Shown: positions 16,452-26,575, counted from the first letter of the stretch. The stretch: 64,000 nucleotides of DNA from Thermodesulfobacteriota bacterium (GCA_028278025.1 JANQFE010000045.1:658-64657), one strand, 5' to 3'. Notes: generated by a model not told the origin, from the letters alone. A program made the numbers and translations.

Positions 16452-19139
16452 ATGGATCAGCAGCAGGCCGTTCAGATACTCAAGCCTCTTATGTGGAAAG
16501 TCGGCAAATCAAACGGCGAGCAGCTCTGGATGCATCAGTTCACGGTCTGGCATGTTTTCAGACAGATGTCGGATATCGGCGCTTTCCCGGCCCTGGAGAA
16601 GGAAAAGAGAGAGCTTCTGGAGCTGGCCTGTCTCCTGCATGATGTAAAAAAAAGCACTCCCTGGAACCAGATGGTGATTTCCGGTGAAACCGATGCAGAC
16701 ACATTGCTCGGCACCTATCTCAGCTGGTGGCACGGCAAAGGCGTTTCGATTGATGCGCGCGAGAAGGTTGCTGTTAAAGCCCTGTTTTCACGCGGCCGGA
16801 CAGACCATCAGATTGAGACAGAGCGCGACCTCGAATTTTTTTTAAAAGACTATTTAAACCGGGTTAAAGCCTCTATTCCATTTGAACTGAATGACGGCCG
16901 GATCAGAACGGTTTTTGATCTTATCAAACATCATTTTCTCAAAGAGGAAGATATATCCACCTCGGATGTGCCGGGATTCGGCAGCAACCTGTATACCCTG
17001 AAGCTCTGTGATCGTTTGGCCTCCATGGAGTCAATTGATCCGGCCGTGATACATGAGTTAAGAAACATAAATCGGCTTGGACGCAGGATTTTCGATGTTA
17101 CGTATTTCACCATATCACGGCCGTTCGGGCCATTTACCGCTCTTGTATCTGATGTAGTGTTTGAAAGTTACCGGCAGTGCGGCTGGCAGCCCCTCCTTTA
17201 CTTCGAAGGCGGTGGTGTCCTGGTGGGAAAGGGAGAAACAGAGCTGCCTGATAAAACAGCGATACTCAAAAAATTAAATGAACAGTTTCTTGAGAAGTCT
17301 TTAGATGCGGCACCCCTGCAGTTCGGCAGAAAGTCTGTGCTTGAGGGAATGGCCGGGGACTATGTGCATACATTTTTAAAAGTCAAAAAAGACGAGCTTC
17401 TCAGGAAATTTAATGAAGCAGATGGTGGTATCGCCTTTTTTAAACTGCTCACCGAGATAGTGGACAGATGCGGATACAACACCAGAACAGAACGGGAGAA
17501 ACGGCCCGCTCTCGATGTGCTGTTCGGCTTGACGGGAGGAACCCGAGGCATTCCTCTGGCAGGCCCAAAATGGGAGCACTATAGAAACGAACATCTGCCT
17601 TATAAAGCCGATGGGTCAGGTAAGGTCGATAAGCAAGGGGCTATCTCACATGTTTTTAATTGTTTAAATATTCAAGAGGCGATCCCGGAAAAGTTGTTTG
17701 AAGAATTGAATATTGCTGACGCGCCACTCAAAGACTGCACCTCGCGGGTACTTTTTGATGTTTTAGCAGGGTTGGCCGTCCAATATGAACGAGAGGGTGA
17801 AGCTGCGTTGCAGACCTATTTTGATGAGATCATCTCAATAGAGGAAGAGAAAAATTTTAGAAGCATTACCTTAAATCGTTTTGAGCAGTATAAAGCCTAC
17901 AAACGGAATCCGTCTGACACAACAACAGGGGTGTGTGAGATATGTGGCTGCACCATAACACAGAAACCGGGCGCCGACTTTGCAAAAGGGCAAATCCAGG
18001 CGTTTACCCAGATCAAAGCAAGACCGGACGTGCCTCGAAAAATTTGCCCCTTCTGTGCATATGACAACAGCATCATGCGGCAAGGAGTCGGGAAGTGGAT
18101 ACCTGTTTATGTGAAGGTGTATACAAAAGTCCCGATGATTTTCCGGGAAGAAATCACTGAAATAATCAAGGTTCTTAAAGACGGCATCATCCGGCTCCAG
18201 AATATTGAAAGCATGGAGAAGCGCTGGGGACTCTTATTTCCGTCCGTTGACATCCCTGTGGCTTCAAGCGATTACGATGTCCTGGAATATGTGGCAACAT
18301 CGGACAGGGGTGAAATGATCCTTCGGCTTGAATCCGTAGACGCTAAGAAATACAGCCCGAAGGATATGCAGGCAAAATATGAACCACTGTATCACCTTCT
18401 CAATCTGCTCGGTTTTCGGGTCAGCATCGGCAGGGAAGAGCAGGTTGGCCTTTTTGGTGAAACGATACTCGGCACAGAGAGCGACTATTTAAAATCACTT
18501 GCCGTTGTTCTGTTAAGCTCTGCTGTTGATAAAATGCGGAAATATCTTTTTGCAAAAGATCTCATTGCCAAATCACCAAGCGTTGCGGTTGCCTATGCAG
18601 GGCAGGAGGAAAAAGATCGAAAGGGGAATAGCTATTTTAGGCTTTCGGATGAATCCGCCGAAAAATTTTTTGAATATATATATACGTCGAATATTAATTT
18701 ATTTAGATTGAATGGGGGAGGTGGCTATCTTATGAAAAATTTACTTGAAGATGCGGTCTTTTTTGCTGAGGGGATTCCGAAGTTTTGCTGGAGATTCGAT
18801 GATGAGTGGAAAAAGTGGCATCAAAGCAGCTCCAAACACCTTATTACCAAGCCCCTCAGCCGGGCACTGAATGAAATTTTACAGGGAAGAAGTTTTGATG
18901 AGGCCTTTGCAAAGTTTCTTGAACAGCTTAGGGAAAATATTGCTAAAGAGCAATCAGATGAAGCCAAAACAGATGTAACAGAGTTGAATGCCTTTGTTAA
19001 GGAAGCAAAATCAAAATTGGAAAAATATTATGAACTGAAACAGAAAAACATTACTGAATTCATAAGGGTGAAAAACGCTCTCCTTTCAACAGTATATGTT
19101 TTTAAACGATATGACAATTTAAAGGAGGTAATACAATGA
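16452..19139 (+). CDS. cas10d: Type I-D large subunit Cas10d (Csc3) with N-terminal HD nuclease
   Basis: H...LLHDVKK HD motif, HH, CDRLAS, CEICG/CPFC zinc finger, 895 aa, upstream of cas7 and cas5. Confidence 0.85.
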   Translation: MDQQQAVQILKPLMWKVGKSNGEQLWMHQFTVWHVFRQMSDIGAFPALEKEKRELLELACLLHDVKKSTPWNQMVISGETDADTLLGTYLSWWHGKGVSIDAREKVAVKALFSRGRTDHQIETERDLEFFLKDYLNRVKASIPFELNDGRIRTVFDLIKHHFLKEEDISTSDVPGFGSNLYTLKLCDRLASMESIDPAVIHELRNINRLGRRIFDVTYFTISRPFGPFTALVSDVVFESYRQCGWQPLLYFEGGGVLVGKGETELPDKTAILKKLNEQFLEKSLDAAPLQFGRKSVLEGMAGDYVHTFLKVKKDELLRKFNEADGGIAFFKLLTEIVDRCGYNTRTEREKRPALDVLFGLTGGTRGIPLAGPKWEHYRNEHLPYKADGSGKVDKQGAISHVFNCLNIQEAIPEKLFEELNIADAPLKDCTSRVLFDVLAGLAVQYEREGEAALQTYFDEIISIEEEKNFRSITLNRFEQYKAYKRNPSDTTTGVCEICGCTITQKPGADFAKGQIQAFTQIKARPDVPRKICPFCAYDNSIMRQGVGKWIPVYVKVYTKVPMIFREEITEIIKVLKDGIIRLQNIESMEKRWGLLFPSVDIPVASSDYDVLEYVATSDRGEMILRLESVDAKKYSPKDMQAKYEPLYHLLNLLGFRVSIGREEQVGLFGETILGTESDYLKSLAVVLLSSAVDKMRKYLFAKDLIAKSPSVAVAYAGQEEKDRKGNSYFRLSDESAEKFFEYIYTSNINLFRLNGGGGYLMKNLLEDAVFFAEGIPKFCWRFDDEWKKWHQSSSKHLITKPLSRALNEILQGRSFDEAFAKFLEQLRENIAKEQSDEAKTDVTELNAFVKEAKSKLEKYYELKQKNITEFIRVKNALLSTVYVFKRYDNLKEVIQ
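18732..19139 (+). CDS. cas11d: Internally translated small subunit Cas11d
   Basis: GGAGGTGG RBS at 18717-18724 and an in-frame ATG at 18732; gives a 135-aa helical C-terminal product. Internal Cas11d translation is established for type I-D. Confidence 0.7.
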   Translation: MKNLLEDAVFFAEGIPKFCWRFDDEWKKWHQSSSKHLITKPLSRALNEILQGRSFDEAFAKFLEQLRENIAKEQSDEAKTDVTELNAFVKEAKSKLEKYYELKQKNITEFIRVKNALLSTVYVFKRYDNLKEVIQ

Positions 19140-19912
19140 CCCTTTTAACAGAGCCGACGATATTGTCCAGGGGTGTTTATCTTCAGCTTGTGGTGAACAT
19201 AAAACTGCTCGATGATGCGATCATCAGAAGCAATGAGCCGGAAGAAGTTTTGACCTGTAGTTACTCGTCTCTGGGTAATCGCTTTATTATTCCCTGGCGC
19301 AAGGTGAAAGGCAAGCTCAGGCGGCTTGTCATGGAGAAACAGCGTGGCTTTGATATTATGCCGGCTTGTCATCTGAAGGATGATTTATGCATGGAATGTC
19401 CCTCTTGTTTTTTATTCGGCGGTACAGGTGAAACCTCCAGTAAAAAAGCATCATATAACATTCTTTCCCGGGTTCTCGGAGAAAGTTTTATTTCAAAAAC
19501 CAAGGTCGGGGAAGTACAGCCATATACCGCTAATGCAGTTGATGAGGTTGATCTAACAACGGGTCAGGCATTGATGACTATCGTGACCGTTCCCAAAGAA
19601 ACGGAGTTTCTGGGGGTCGTCACGCTTCGCGACCCCACCGCAGCAATGGTTTCTATTGTTGCAGACAACCTGCAACGCCTGACAAGAATCGGGGCAAGCA
19701 CGCGCGAGTGGGGCCGTGTAAAAACGGAGATACTGGGATACAAAATATCAGACCGTGAAGACCTGACCGCATATGATCTGGTAAACAACGACACTTTGCC
19801 GGATGGTCTCGACAAAATCTCCGAATCGAATTTGCCCGATGTTAAAGATTCTTATACAAGTCTTGATCTCGAAGTAAAGAGACTTTTGAATGAACACGGA
19901 TTAATAAAATGA
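19136..19912 (+). CDS. cas7: Type I-D Cas7 (Csc2)
   Basis: KVKGKLRR, CHL...CMECPSCFLFG, SRV, NAVDE and RIGASTR motifs. Confidence 0.85.
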   Translation: MTLLTEPTILSRGVYLQLVVNIKLLDDAIIRSNEPEEVLTCSYSSLGNRFIIPWRKVKGKLRRLVMEKQRGFDIMPACHLKDDLCMECPSCFLFGGTGETSSKKASYNILSRVLGESFISKTKVGEVQPYTANAVDEVDLTTGQALMTIVTVPKETEFLGVVTLRDPTAAMVSIVADNLQRLTRIGASTREWGRVKTEILGYKISDREDLTAYDLVNNDTLPDGLDKISESNLPDVKDSYTSLDLEVKRLLNEHGLIK

Positions 19913-20613
19913 TTCTGTTTAAATATACAATCAGACTGCTTGACCCGCTGTTTTATTCCCGTGAGGGGTTGGGCGCGGCTGTTACGCCGCGGTATATACA
20001 CGCAACAGCCGTCAACCATGCGGTAGCCTATGCAACCGGGGCGGGCGAGAACCAGCCGTATATAATGTCTGAAGAGAACGGCGGCCGTAATGTTCCCCGT
20101 TATAAAAGCTCGCACATAGCCCTTGATTTCTACTTTACGCCTGCCCGCATGAAGGGCAACCCGCGATACATGCCGGAAATTGTGAAGGGAGAACTTGACG
20201 GCTTTGTCTGTAAAGGCTATCCGGGTGCCGAAGTCCTGCGGGCTTCGCAAATTTTCTCCCTTGCGCCGGATACGGAATTCGAGGGTTTTGGATATTGTAA
20301 TGATATGTCTTCTGTTCCTGAGATAATCAGGCTCGGCAGTTTCAGAGGTAAGGCTCGTCTTGCAATTCACTCTGGAAGATTCCTTGGGAAGGCAGAAAAC
20401 CAAATTGTAGACCACCCGACAGATCCGCTGGTGACCGATACCACACGGGGCACTATGGTCACTATGTTTCCCTATCCCATAATAGAAAACCCGGTATGCA
20501 GAACATGCTGTAAAATAAAATTAAAAGGTGAGCGATTCCCCTTTACCATAGCCGTGCCGGTCACCTTTTCTTTTGATGAAACACCCATCAAGGGAGATAC
20601 TGCTGTGTTTTAA
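19909..20613 (+). CDS. cas5: Type I-D Cas5 (Csc1)
   Basis: LFYSRE...T..YIHATAVNHA, YFTPA and IRLGSFRGKA motifs. Confidence 0.8.
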   Translation: MILFKYTIRLLDPLFYSREGLGAAVTPRYIHATAVNHAVAYATGAGENQPYIMSEENGGRNVPRYKSSHIALDFYFTPARMKGNPRYMPEIVKGELDGFVCKGYPGAEVLRASQIFSLAPDTEFEGFGYCNDMSSVPEIIRLGSFRGKARLAIHSGRFLGKAENQIVDHPTDPLVTDTTRGTMVTMFPYPIIENPVCRTCCKIKLKGERFPFTIAVPVTFSFDETPIKGDTAVF

Positions 20614-20627
20614 TACGGAGTTATGCG

Positions 20628-21302
20628 GTGGATGCAACCATGCTGATAACAACATTCAAAACCGACCGGACGGTTACCCAGTCAGCGTCTTTTTTTCGGG
20701 GCTTTGTTGCCGGCCGATTTCCCGAATCCGTACTCCTGCACCAGCATGACGGACAAAATCTTATATATGCTCATCCCTTGGTTCAATACAAGCTGCTTGA
20801 TGATTTGATGATTGTTGGAATGTGCGATGGTGCTGAAGCTTTACATAATATTTATAACCGGATTGACAGGATTGTATTAGGTGGGGAAATGTATAATGTA
20901 ACCGAGAAAAGCATGCACGAAAAAACAGTTGATTTTTCACACTCACCATCATTTGTTTCCTACACCTTCCTCACCCCCTGGCTGGCCCTCAATGAAAACA
21001 ACTACAAAAAATACCAGCGGCTCGGCACGTGGCAGAAGCGAAAAGAGCTGTTGTCTAAAATCCTGATCGGCAACATACTGTCCATGTCAAAGAGCCTGGG
21101 CTATACCGTGCCGGCACCGATCGAGGTAGAGCTGGGGAAACTGCGCGAAGTTCCCACAAAGCTCAAAGGCACGCCCATGATTGGGTTCCTCGGAAGTTTT
21201 TCGGTGAACTTCGAGATACCCGATCTGTGGGGCATCGGCAAATCGGTTTCGCGCGGGTTCGGGACTGTGAAAAGAATAAGGAAAGCAGAAAAGCAGGAGT
21301 AA
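20628..21302 (+). CDS. cas6: CRISPR endoribonuclease Cas6 (Cas6b-like)
   Basis: LLHQH, YAHPLVQYK, TPWLALNENNY and G-rich loop GIGKSVSRGFG. Confidence 0.88.
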   Translation: MDATMLITTFKTDRTVTQSASFFRGFVAGRFPESVLLHQHDGQNLIYAHPLVQYKLLDDLMIVGMCDGAEALHNIYNRIDRIVLGGEMYNVTEKSMHEKTVDFSHSPSFVSYTFLTPWLALNENNYKKYQRLGTWQKRKELLSKILIGNILSMSKSLGYTVPAPIEVELGKLREVPTKLKGTPMIGFLGSFSVNFEIPDLWGIGKSVSRGFGTVKRIRKAEKQE

Positions 21303-21318
21303 AAACGGAGGGGGAGCA

Positions 21319-21693
21319 ATGGGCTTGGCACACGAAGAGCTGAGCAGTGAAATAATCGGTGCTGCAATTGCCGTTCACAGGGAGTTGGGTCCTGGATTTC
21401 TGGAATCGATCTATGAAAATGCTATGGCGATCGAGTTGCAAAGAAAGGGGCTGTCCTTTACCAGGCAGAAGGAGGTGGTTATTTGCTATGATGGCTTTGA
21501 CGTAGGCAGGCATCGGCTTGACCTTTTTGTTGAGAACACATTCGTGGTAGAACTCAAGGCCATTAAGAATCTGGAGGATATACATTTCGCAGTTGTGCGA
21601 TCATATCTGAAAGCAATGGAAAGGGAGCACGGTCTTTTACTGAATTTTGCAAAAGCGCCGCTCGAAATCAAAAGGGTCATTTTAACAATCTGA
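21319..21693 (+). CDS. GxxExxY family protein (PD-(D/E)XK fold)
   Basis: HRELGPGFLESIYENA, RLDLFVE..VVELKA and GLLLNF motifs. Confidence 0.9.
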   Translation: MGLAHEELSSEIIGAAIAVHRELGPGFLESIYENAMAIELQRKGLSFTRQKEVVICYDGFDVGRHRLDLFVENTFVVELKAIKNLEDIHFAVVRSYLKAMEREHGLLLNFAKAPLEIKRVILTI

Positions 21694-21828
21694 CCGGATG
21701 TTTCCTTATTTCCTGCGTTCCTTATTGATTATAAACCGCTAAGTGGAGCAATATGAAGGACACTGCTGAGATATCAGCATGAGTCTTTATCGGTTGTTGA
21801 AGAGTATGGGAGCTGAGGAGTTGAATGC

Positions 21829-22373
21829 ATGCGTAAAAAAACAAAAAAGACACTTACCTCTGAATATCAGAACCTGTTAGGTGATATCAAGAATCGTATC
21901 CGCTCGGCACAATATGAAGCACTGCGTGTGGTGAACAAGGAGTTGATAGCCCTTTACTGAGATATCGGCCGCATGATTGCAGAGCGGCAGGGCAAAGGCA
22001 GTTGGGGGAAATCCGTGGTTGAACAACTGTCCAAAGACCTGCGGTTGGAGTTTCCGGGCATACGGGGTTTTTCTGCCCGAAATATATGGTACATACGAGA
22101 ATTTTATCTCAACTATGCTGGTCACAAAAAACTGCAAACAATGGTTGCAGCAATTGGCTGGACACATAATGTTATCAGGTGAGTTTTGCATTTGCTATCC
22201 GCCGGACACTGTCTTGCAAATCTGATGCTAGCCAAGGAACAATAATAATTTCCGAGACAATGACTCGGAAATTCAATACTCAGGAACTTTTTGAATATAA
22301 ACTGCAATTGTCCGATGAAAAAACACTTGCAGATGAAATAAATAAGGCCCGAAGGGCTATCGAAAACAATTAA
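21829..22373 (+). pseudogene. Disrupted DUF1016/YhcG-family gene
   Basis: N-terminus AQYEALRVVNKELIALY*DIGRMI has TGA at 21958 where W is expected. WGKSVVEQLSKDL and GFSARN follow, then the middle is lost. A C-terminal remnant EYKLQLSDEKTLADEI is in another frame. Confidence 0.8.
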
Positions 22374-22382
22374 GGGGTACAC

Positions 22383-22766
22383 ATGAAAATCAAACGCAAG
22401 AATCCATTAAAGAAAAAAGCTAAAAAAGGTTTTCGAGGGTATCCGATTGCCACCGTTGCATATTACGATCCTGATAATAAACGGGCCTCAAAGGTTACGG
22501 TAGGTATTGTAGTCGGTGAAAGTGAGGATGATATGGCCGCTCTCGAACGATGGTATTCTGAGGACGGCGATGTACGGTTGGATCGAAAAATTAATGAAGA
22601 GATTCTTGCATTTATCGAAAGCCATGCTCCCAAAAGCGTCATTATGACCGACGGTATTATAGGCTGCCCGCACGAAGAAGGTATCGATTACCCCGAGGGT
22701 GAAAAATGTCCGGAATGTCCGTTTTGGGCACACAGAGACAGATTTACGAATGAGATAACACATTAA
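22383..22766 (+). CDS. Conserved hypothetical protein with Cys/His cluster
   Basis: 127 aa, GCPHEEGIDYPEGEKCPECPFW, GGGG RBS. Confidence 0.75.
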   Translation: MKIKRKNPLKKKAKKGFRGYPIATVAYYDPDNKRASKVTVGIVVGESEDDMAALERWYSEDGDVRLDRKINEEILAFIESHAPKSVIMTDGIIGCPHEEGIDYPEGEKCPECPFWAHRDRFTNEITH

Positions 22767-22782
22767 CTCTTTAACTCATTTT

Positions 22783-23802
22783 ATGCAGCTTTTTATCAAC
22801 ACCCCCGGCACTATGGTCAGGCAGAAAGATGAATGTTTCTGCATTATAAAGGATGACCGGAAGACTGAGATCACACCCCGCAAGGTGGAAAGCATCGTGT
22901 TTACCAACCAGGCATTTGTCTCCACGCAGGCGTTGGTGCTGGCACTGGAACATAATATAGATGTCATCTTTCTTGACAGGTACGGTGATCCTGCAGGCCG
23001 TGTGTGGCATTCCAAGATGGGCAGCACCGCTCTTATCCGACGCAGGCAGCTCGAAGCGGCAGAAACAGAGACAGGATTTGATCTGGTTGCAGAAATGATT
23101 ACCGCGAAACTCAACAACAAAATCAGATTTTTAAAAAAATTGAAAGCAGCAAGGCCCGGGTCAGACGACAGCTTCAATCAATATATAGAACGGATCGAGA
23201 CCGCCTGCACATCCGTAAAAAATATGCAGGGAAGCCTTGAAGAAAAAAGGGGCTCTCTTATGGGGATCGAAGGGGCCGCCGGAAGGGCCTATTTTGAATG
23301 CCTGTCTTATATCATGCCTGAAAAATACCGGTTTTCAGGCAGATCAAGGAGGCCGGCCCGCGATGAATTTAACGCCGTGCTTAACTATATGTACGGTATT
23401 CTTTATTCACATATAGAAAAGTCTTTGATTCTTTCCGGACTTGATCCTTTTGTCGGGTTTCTGCACGTCGACAATTATAATAAAAAATCCCTGGTCTTTG
23501 ATTTTATAGAACCGTTTCGTATTTCTGCTGAACAGTGCACTGTGTATCTTTTTACCGGCAAAAAAATCAAAGATGAATATTTTGACAGGGCTCAGGATGC
23601 CGTCAGCCTGAACCAGGATGGCAAACCTGTAGTCATAGAATCCATTAACAATCATCTTGATGAAAGTATTCGCTATCGCCGCAGGAATGTGAAACGCAGG
23701 CATATCATGTTGCATGAAGCTCACAGAATAGCTAATATGCTGCTGGACGACACGGAAGAAAGAAAACGCCGACCGGCCTGGCTTGATATAAAGGAGCTGT
23801 GA
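22783..23802 (+). CDS. cas1: CRISPR-associated endonuclease Cas1
   Basis: LMGIEG.AGRAYF, NAVLNYMYG, GLDPFVGFLH and SLVFDFIEPFR motifs. Confidence 0.95.
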   Translation: MQLFINTPGTMVRQKDECFCIIKDDRKTEITPRKVESIVFTNQAFVSTQALVLALEHNIDVIFLDRYGDPAGRVWHSKMGSTALIRRRQLEAAETETGFDLVAEMITAKLNNKIRFLKKLKAARPGSDDSFNQYIERIETACTSVKNMQGSLEEKRGSLMGIEGAAGRAYFECLSYIMPEKYRFSGRSRRPARDEFNAVLNYMYGILYSHIEKSLILSGLDPFVGFLHVDNYNKKSLVFDFIEPFRISAEQCTVYLFTGKKIKDEYFDRAQDAVSLNQDGKPVVIESINNHLDESIRYRRRNVKRRHIMLHEAHRIANMLLDDTEERKRRPAWLDIKEL

Positions 23803-24110
23803 TGACACGGGGAACCGATCTTCTTTTGTGGGTACTGTACGATATTGTTGAGGACAAGCCCAGAAACAAGGTAGCCGGTCTCTGCAAGAAGGCCGGTTTG
23901 ACCAGGGTCCAAAAAAGTGCTTTTCTGGGCAGAATCGAACGCAACCGTTACGATGAGCTGGCCGAGGCATGTCGTGATCTGATAAATGAAGAAACCGACA
24001 GTGTCTATCTTTTCCCTTTTTGTGAAGACGATTTTAAAAAGATCAGGGTACATGGTCAGGGTTTTGACAAAAAACTGGTAAATGATGAAATCCTCCAGCA
24101 ATTTTTTTAA
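23799..24110 (+). CDS. cas2: CRISPR-associated Cas2
   Basis: WVLYDI, RVQKSAF and DSVYLFP motifs. Confidence 0.93.
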   Translation: MMTRGTDLLLWVLYDIVEDKPRNKVAGLCKKAGLTRVQKSAFLGRIERNRYDELAEACRDLINEETDSVYLFPFCEDDFKKIRVHGQGFDKKLVNDEILQQFF

Positions 24111-24714
24111 GAATGATTTTGAGACGTCACCGATCGAACTCACCGCAACGGATTTGCTTGAGTATATCTTCTGTCCGCGCTTTACCTATTTTGAGCTGTA
24201 TCTGAAAATTCCACAGCACGAGGAAAAACGCTACAAGGTTGAAAAAGGAAGGACGGTTCATGAACAAAAAAACAAAATCAACCCACAGTATCTGCGAAAA
24301 AAAATCGAGTGTACCGACCGGAAATTTTCTGTTTATATTGACGGGCTTGACGGCTGTAAGGGAATTGTTGATGAAGTTCTTACTCTGGCGGATGGCACGA
24401 TGGCACCACTTGACTATAAATATGCCGAGTATAAGGAGACGACATTCAGGAATCATCGACTACAGCTTGTATATTATGCAAAGCTCATAAAGAGCCGCTA
24501 TGGCAAACCTGTAAATCGTGGATTTATAATTTATACCCGCAGCAAAAACAAGATAGTCGAGGTGCCAATACATGAAAGGGACTTTAATAATCTTGAAAGT
24601 ACAATTTCAGAAATGTTCAAAATTATAACAACAGGCAAATATCCTGAACCTACCGCATACAGAACCGCCTGCTTTGATTGTTGCTATAAAAATATTTGCG
24701 AAGGGCGAGTGTAG
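24082..24714 (+). CDS. cas4: CRISPR-associated exonuclease Cas4
   Basis: EYIFCPR, G..VH, GIVD, LDYK, QLVYY and C..C..K.IC Fe-S cysteines. Confidence 0.9.
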   Translation: MMKSSSNFFKNDFETSPIELTATDLLEYIFCPRFTYFELYLKIPQHEEKRYKVEKGRTVHEQKNKINPQYLRKKIECTDRKFSVYIDGLDGCKGIVDEVLTLADGTMAPLDYKYAEYKETTFRNHRLQLVYYAKLIKSRYGKPVNRGFIIYTRSKNKIVEVPIHERDFNNLESTISEMFKIITTGKYPEPTAYRTACFDCCYKNICEGRV

Positions 24715-24867
24715 GTAAAAAAGTGGTTTTTTTTTAAATAGATAACTATATTCTGATACAAGCAAAAACATTGTAAAACGAAGACAATAAGTGACTAAGA
24801 AGGACAATATTAACATTTCAAAAATAATGCAATTATCTTTAAAGTCTTGCAAATTTGGGCAAATGCT
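24715..24867 (+). promoter_or_regulatory. CRISPR leader
   Basis: AT-rich non-coding stretch between cas4 and the first repeat; the degenerate repeat is at the opposite end. Confidence 0.7.
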
Positions 24868-25412
24868 GTTGAAATGCTAAATCCATTAAAACAAGGATTG
24901 AAACTAAGGGCATTAAAGAAAGCCGGAAAGGTGGCGTCATGTTGAAATGCTAAATCCATTAAAACAAGGATTGAAACTTCAACTGACGTGGAGGGCAATG
25001 ACAAAAGTCGAACGTTGAAATGCTAAATCCATTAAAACAAGGATTGAAACCGAAGAACTTCGTGACCGCTGTGATTTTGAAATTGTGTTGAAATGCTAAA
25101 TCCATTAAAACAAGGATTGAAACAACTCAGGCAATTCTGTTAATAAAGGCAATTTACAGTTGAAATGCTAAATCCATTAAAACAAGGATTGAAACAATCT
25201 CTCTATTGCCTCTGTCCATAAAGACAACCAGTTGAAATGCTAAATCCATTAAAACAAGGATTGAAACTCTCCGTATCTTTCTTCCAAGATAAACATTGTC
25301 TTTGTTGAAATGCTAAATCCATTAAAACAAGGATTGAAACAAATGCTTCAGCCACTGCGCACTGGATCGATCACCGTTGAAATGCTAAATCCATTAAAAT
25401 AAGGATTGAAAA
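24868..25412 (+). CRISPR. CRISPR array, 8 repeats (37 bp) and 7 spacers (35-36 bp)
   Basis: Repeat GTTGAAATGCTAAATCCATTAAAACAAGGATTGAAAC at 24868, 24941, 25014, 25087, 25159, 25231, 25304; terminal copy at 25376 has 2 mismatches. Confidence 0.98.
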
Positions 25413-25490
25413 GGTTCAACACTTTTCTCTTGCCTTTTAGCATTAATACCTATATTTTCAGGGAAAACCTCAATTTACAGGGAGCACACT

Positions 25491-25694
25491 ATGATTGGCG
25501 GCTTTGGATTACCTGAGTTGATAATAATTCTGGTAATTATACTTATAATTTTTGGTGCCGGCAAACTGCCCGAGATTGGCAAGGGATTAGGTAAAGCGAT
25601 AGGAAACTTTAAAAAATCCGTTAAGGAAGACGATAGTGCGCAGTCTTCTTCGCAGCCGGAAGAACTGGACGACAAAGCTGCAAAGGACAAATAA
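25491..25694 (+). CDS. tatA: Twin-arginine translocase subunit TatA/E
   Basis: [37 protein letters not shown]. Confidence 0.95.
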   Translation: MIGGFGLPELIIILVIILIIFGAGKLPEIGKGLGKAIGNFKKSVKEDDSAQSSSQPEELDDKAAKDK

Positions 25695-25729
25695 AGCCAT
25701 AAAGTATATTAGTGAACTGCTAACCCCCG

Positions 25730-26575
25730 TCAAGCATAGCTGTGCAGCCCTGAGAGCAAATAGTTCACCCCCAGAAAGGTGAAAAGCACCCCGCAAAAAC
25801 CAATAATTGACAGAACCGCTGTTTTGGTGCCCCGCCAGCCCCTGGTTATCCGTGCATGCAGGAACACCGCATAAATAAGCCATGTTATCAGCGACCAGGT
25901 TTCTTTGGGATCCCAGCTCCAGTAACTGCCCCAGGCATAGTTTGCCCAGACCGCTCCTGTTATGATACCGACCCCCAGCAGTAAAAAGCCGACGGCGTTG
26001 GCTTTGTAGATAACTTCATCCAAAACATCTGTTGACGGAAGCACACCGCCCGAGTCTTGAGATGCTTGTTTGCTTTTTTTGTTTTTCATCAAGAATGCAA
26101 TGCTGGATCCAAAGGAAATCGCAAAAGCGGCATACGCAATAAAACAGGTGAGCACATGGTAGGTAAGCCAGTTGCTTTGCAGGGCCGGAATCAGGGGTTC
26201 AATCTCATCTTGAATATTAGGTGAAAGAGAAGCAAATGCCATGGCAAGCGAAACAAGTGGAAAAATAAAAACTCCCAGGATATCGGTTTTATATTTTTTT
26301 TCCATTATGAAATAAACCAGCACCGTACACCATGACATCGACATCAGAGTCTCATACATGTTAGATAACGGGATATGGCCGAAGCCTAATTCATATGATT
26401 CATACCAGCGAAGGCCCAATCCGGCTGTATGGGCTACCAGGCCTGCTATAACAACAAACTGCAGGATAAAACCCAGTTTTTTATTCCTGAAAAAAAGGTA
26501 GTAAAAACTAAGCGCCATTGCCAGCAGATAGGCAATTGTCGTAATACCGAGAAAAAAGGAACTATTCATATGCAT
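25730..26575 (-). CDS. ccsA: System II cytochrome c biogenesis protein CcsA/ResC
   Basis: HIPLSNMYE, PALQSNWLTYHV, WANYAWGSYWSWDPKETW (WWD domain) and GLHSY motifs. Confidence 0.95.
   Translation of the reverse strand: MHMNSSFFLGITTIAYLLAMALSFYYLFFRNKKLGFILQFVVIAGLVAHTAGLGLRWYESYELGFGHIPLSNMYETLMSMSWCTVLVYFIMEKKYKTDILGVFIFPLVSLAMAFASLSPNIQDEIEPLIPALQSNWLTYHVLTCFIAYAAFAISFGSSIAFLMKNKKSKQASQDSGGVLPSTDVLDEVIYKANAVGFLLLGVGIITGAVWANYAWGSYWSWDPKETWSLITWLIYAVFLHARITRGWRGTKTAVLSIIGFCGVLFTFLGVNYLLSGLHSYA

Noticed and set aside
21958-21960. In-frame TGA in the DUF1016 gene as a second selenocysteine
   Set aside because: It falls at the conserved Trp of LYW.IG (TGG to TGA), and the gene is also internally deleted, so it is a pseudogene.
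24905-25375. Self-targeting spacers
   Set aside because: No spacer match was seen by eye in the window; a BLAST search is needed to be certain.
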